From assembly GCA_051362555.1 (NCBI GenBank), contig CM120643.1, forward strand, positions 11,940,644 through 12,004,643: DNA of 64,000 nucleotides, written 5' to 3'. This stretch comes from Lingula anatina (Eukaryota > Animalia > Brachiopoda). Numbering within the stretch: position 1 is the first letter of the stretch; every line of letters starts with the position of its first letter. Below are positions 61,669-64,000 of the stretch, piece after piece. Made by a program: the position numbers and the translations under genes. The notes beneath the pieces were generated by a model. The model ran no database searches, was not told the origin of the DNA, and worked only from the letters and a program-made list of their open reading frames with translations.

Positions 61669-63328
61669 CAGGGTTACCACTTAATATGGAATATTATTTT
61701 TTGGCGAATAAATTTTTACAAAATATTTAATTTCTCTCTAACTACTTAAAATCCAAAGCTGAGGTGTCACTCCATGTGTAGCCAGATGTGTTACCTAATT
61801 ACCACACAAATCTCGAAACAATTGATGCATGCAGTTGCATATTCTGTGGTCATAAATGTGAGGGGTGGTCTTTTCGGCAATTTCTGCCCTTGTATAAAAA
61901 CGCATGGGTTAGGTCAATCTTTGGAGCGTGTTTAGAGAAGCAACAAAGGGATCGCTCTGAAACTTGACAGGTACCTTAGTGACGATATGGTACGACAGCA
62001 AAGCAACGCAGCTTACTATGGGATTCTTGCTCTCAGAGAAAATGGCCAGAAACGGACAGCCATTGCCAGGTAATTCAACATTTATCAGGAACCGTTTGTG
62101 AAGTACTCCAAAGAAATGCTGCTACAGGGGCACCTACTCCAATACCTCGACCAGGGTGTCCGCGTATCGCACCAAGAAGACAGGATCGCCTTCTCCTTAG
62201 TGGACGCCGTGCTGGTCGTACAAAGACAACCAGTGTCCTCAGAAAAGAGAGGCAGAATGTCATTCAAACGCCTGTTTCAAGGTCCCACGTGAACAGGAGA
62301 TTTCTGCAAGCCGGTTATTTTGCACGAAGGCCAGTAGGGAAACCACTGTTAACAGGAGGTCATGTTCAGCGACGTCTGCAAAGGGCTGAGGACCACGTGC
62401 GTTTGCAGCCAAAACACTGGAATCACATTGTTTTCAGTGATAAGGCCAGATGTGGATTTTTTAGGGTTGATCGTCGAATCCGTGTCCACTGACGTGTACG
62501 AGGGGCATAAAACAATGATTGTGTACTGCCTAGGGTGCAAGCAGGGGATGGTAACGTCTCTGTTTGGGGAGTATTTCATGTCGGTGCCCAGAACCAGTTG
62601 GTTTTTCTAGGAGGCAACCTCATCCAGGATTCCTACAGAGACATTCTACAGCAAACAATGCTTCGATTGGTAAGATTCATCTTCAGGAACAGCTTTGTGT
62701 ACCATGACGACTGAGCAACCCCACATCGAGGCCGCAGAATCACTGTTTTTCTTCAAAACCAATGGGTTCAGCAACTGCCCTGGCCTGCAAACTCTCCAGA
62801 TATGAACCCAATTGAAAATCTGTGGGCGGAAGTAACTCACAGAATTAATAGCTATGGTCCTCGGCCGGTAAATAGTGATGAACTGCGACAGGCAAATATC
62901 ACTGCGTGGAATGATATCCCCACCCAAACTCTAAAAAACGTGTCACAGGATATGCCATGTAGGATGAGGGCGCTGCAAGCGGCTGCTGGAGGTCATACCC
63001 GCAATTACTGACTTTTCATGATTTACTGTAGTGAGTTCTTTGACTGTGTAACATATCACTGTCCGGAGGCTATCATTATCTTTAATATCTTATCTTAAAG
63101 TTTATACTGACATCAAACTGTTGATATGGTTTTCTGGGGGTGTTCCTTTCTTTTGAATGGCATCTTATGTCAGATTTAATATTATTGACCAAAATATCTC
63201 ACAACAGAAGATTGGATGTTATTATCACTCAGTGACATACTTTTTTAATGACTCAAGCCAAAAAAAAATTTAATCAGCACTCAAAAATAACAACGATAAA
63301 AAATATTCCATATTAAGTGGTAACCCTG
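61669..63328 (+). mobile_element. Full-length but decayed Tc1/mariner transposon
   Basis: TA|CAGGGTTACCACTTAATATGGAATATT...AATATTCCATATTAAGTGGTAACCCTG|TA. Disrupted transposase ~61987-63011 with RRPVGKPLLT, WNHIVFSDKARC, WPANSPDMNPIENLW and AAGGHTRNY. Confidence 0.93.
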
Positions 63329-63385
63329 TATGCTGAAGAATTTGGCTGAGGGGTGCGTAGTGCATAATTTGATGTGTGTTTTAGA

Positions 63386-63594
63386 CTGCATTCTCACAGA
63401 TTTTAGATCGATCTATCCCCGTGGGGAGTCTCACTAGATTACTGTCAGCTTAGCCGGCTTAAATGTCTGTCCCGCCTACTAAAAGCTGTAAGGGGCTAAC
63501 TATAGTGCGCGCTCGGCTGACAGCAATTTAGCGTGAACCCCCAGGGAGTTAGGTCGATCCAGATGGATCGATCTAAATCTGTGGGAATGCATTC
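63386..63594. mobile_element. Palindromic MITE family member
   Basis: TGCATTCTCACAGATTTTAGATCGATCTATC ... GATGGATCGATCTAAATCTGTGGGAATGCA inverted ends. Confidence 0.7.
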
Positions 63595-64000
63595 TAAGAT
63601 CGCGTGAAAATCTTTGTGAAAATACCCTGCTGATTTAATATATAAATACCAAATGCAAGTTCAAGAAAAGACTTCCTTTTCAAACGAAATAGTATCTTTG
63701 TTAATGAAACATTTCATGGTATATAATATTTTAAACAAATAGAAAAAACTGAACTTGAAAAGCGACATCGATTCATGTTCAGTATTTTGGCACCCTGAGA
63801 TTTATTGTCTCCTCACATGTGGCGCAGTAGCCATTAGTAGCGTAAGCTCTACCATTTTGAGATCTATTTCAGTTATTTGAAAATAAATCATTTAACGTGT
63901 CTGTACAATAGCCAACACATGTTTAAAATAATTTAACATGAGTGCGGTTAGCCTGCAGCTTGTATTAACTTGTAGGAACTCTACATTTACACGAAGAGCG

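Noticed and set aside
1-64000. Prokaryotic defence systems, operons, tRNA or rRNA genes
   Set aside because: The sequence has spliceosomal introns and animal transposons throughout; no tRNA or rRNA signature was recognised by eye.

Overview
This is AT-rich, intron-rich animal genomic DNA, not prokaryotic. An invertebrate, probably a lophotrochozoan, is an inference from gene and repeat content. Six protein-coding genes were reconstructed by hand from splice sites and reading phase: NEK11-like kinase (-, 15 coding exons, last intron U12-type); KDM8/JMJD5 (+, intronless CDS, head-to-head with NEK11); a CUB-LDLa-TM-proline-rich receptor (-, 8 exons); an intronless divergent TRPV-like ankyrin/6TM channel (-); a secreted CEMIP/TMEM2-like G8-domain protein (+, 23 exons); and a CNBD2-like tandem cyclic-nucleotide-binding protein (-, 8 exons). 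Interspersed repeats include two L2/CR1-group LINE 3' ends plus a tail-only copy, two decayed Tc1/mariner elements, three Helentron-associated (HINE/DINE-1-like) elements, several MITE families, a ~36-bp minisatellite and microsatellites. No clearly new multi-gene system is supported. The most notable observations are the minor-spliceosome intron in NEK11, a displaced exact copy of a CEMIP exon inside an intron of the opposite-strand neighbour, the retrogene-like JMJD5 sharing a promoter region with a RORE-like palindrome, and the intronless TRPV-like channel. All coordinates were read by eye and may be off by a few bases.
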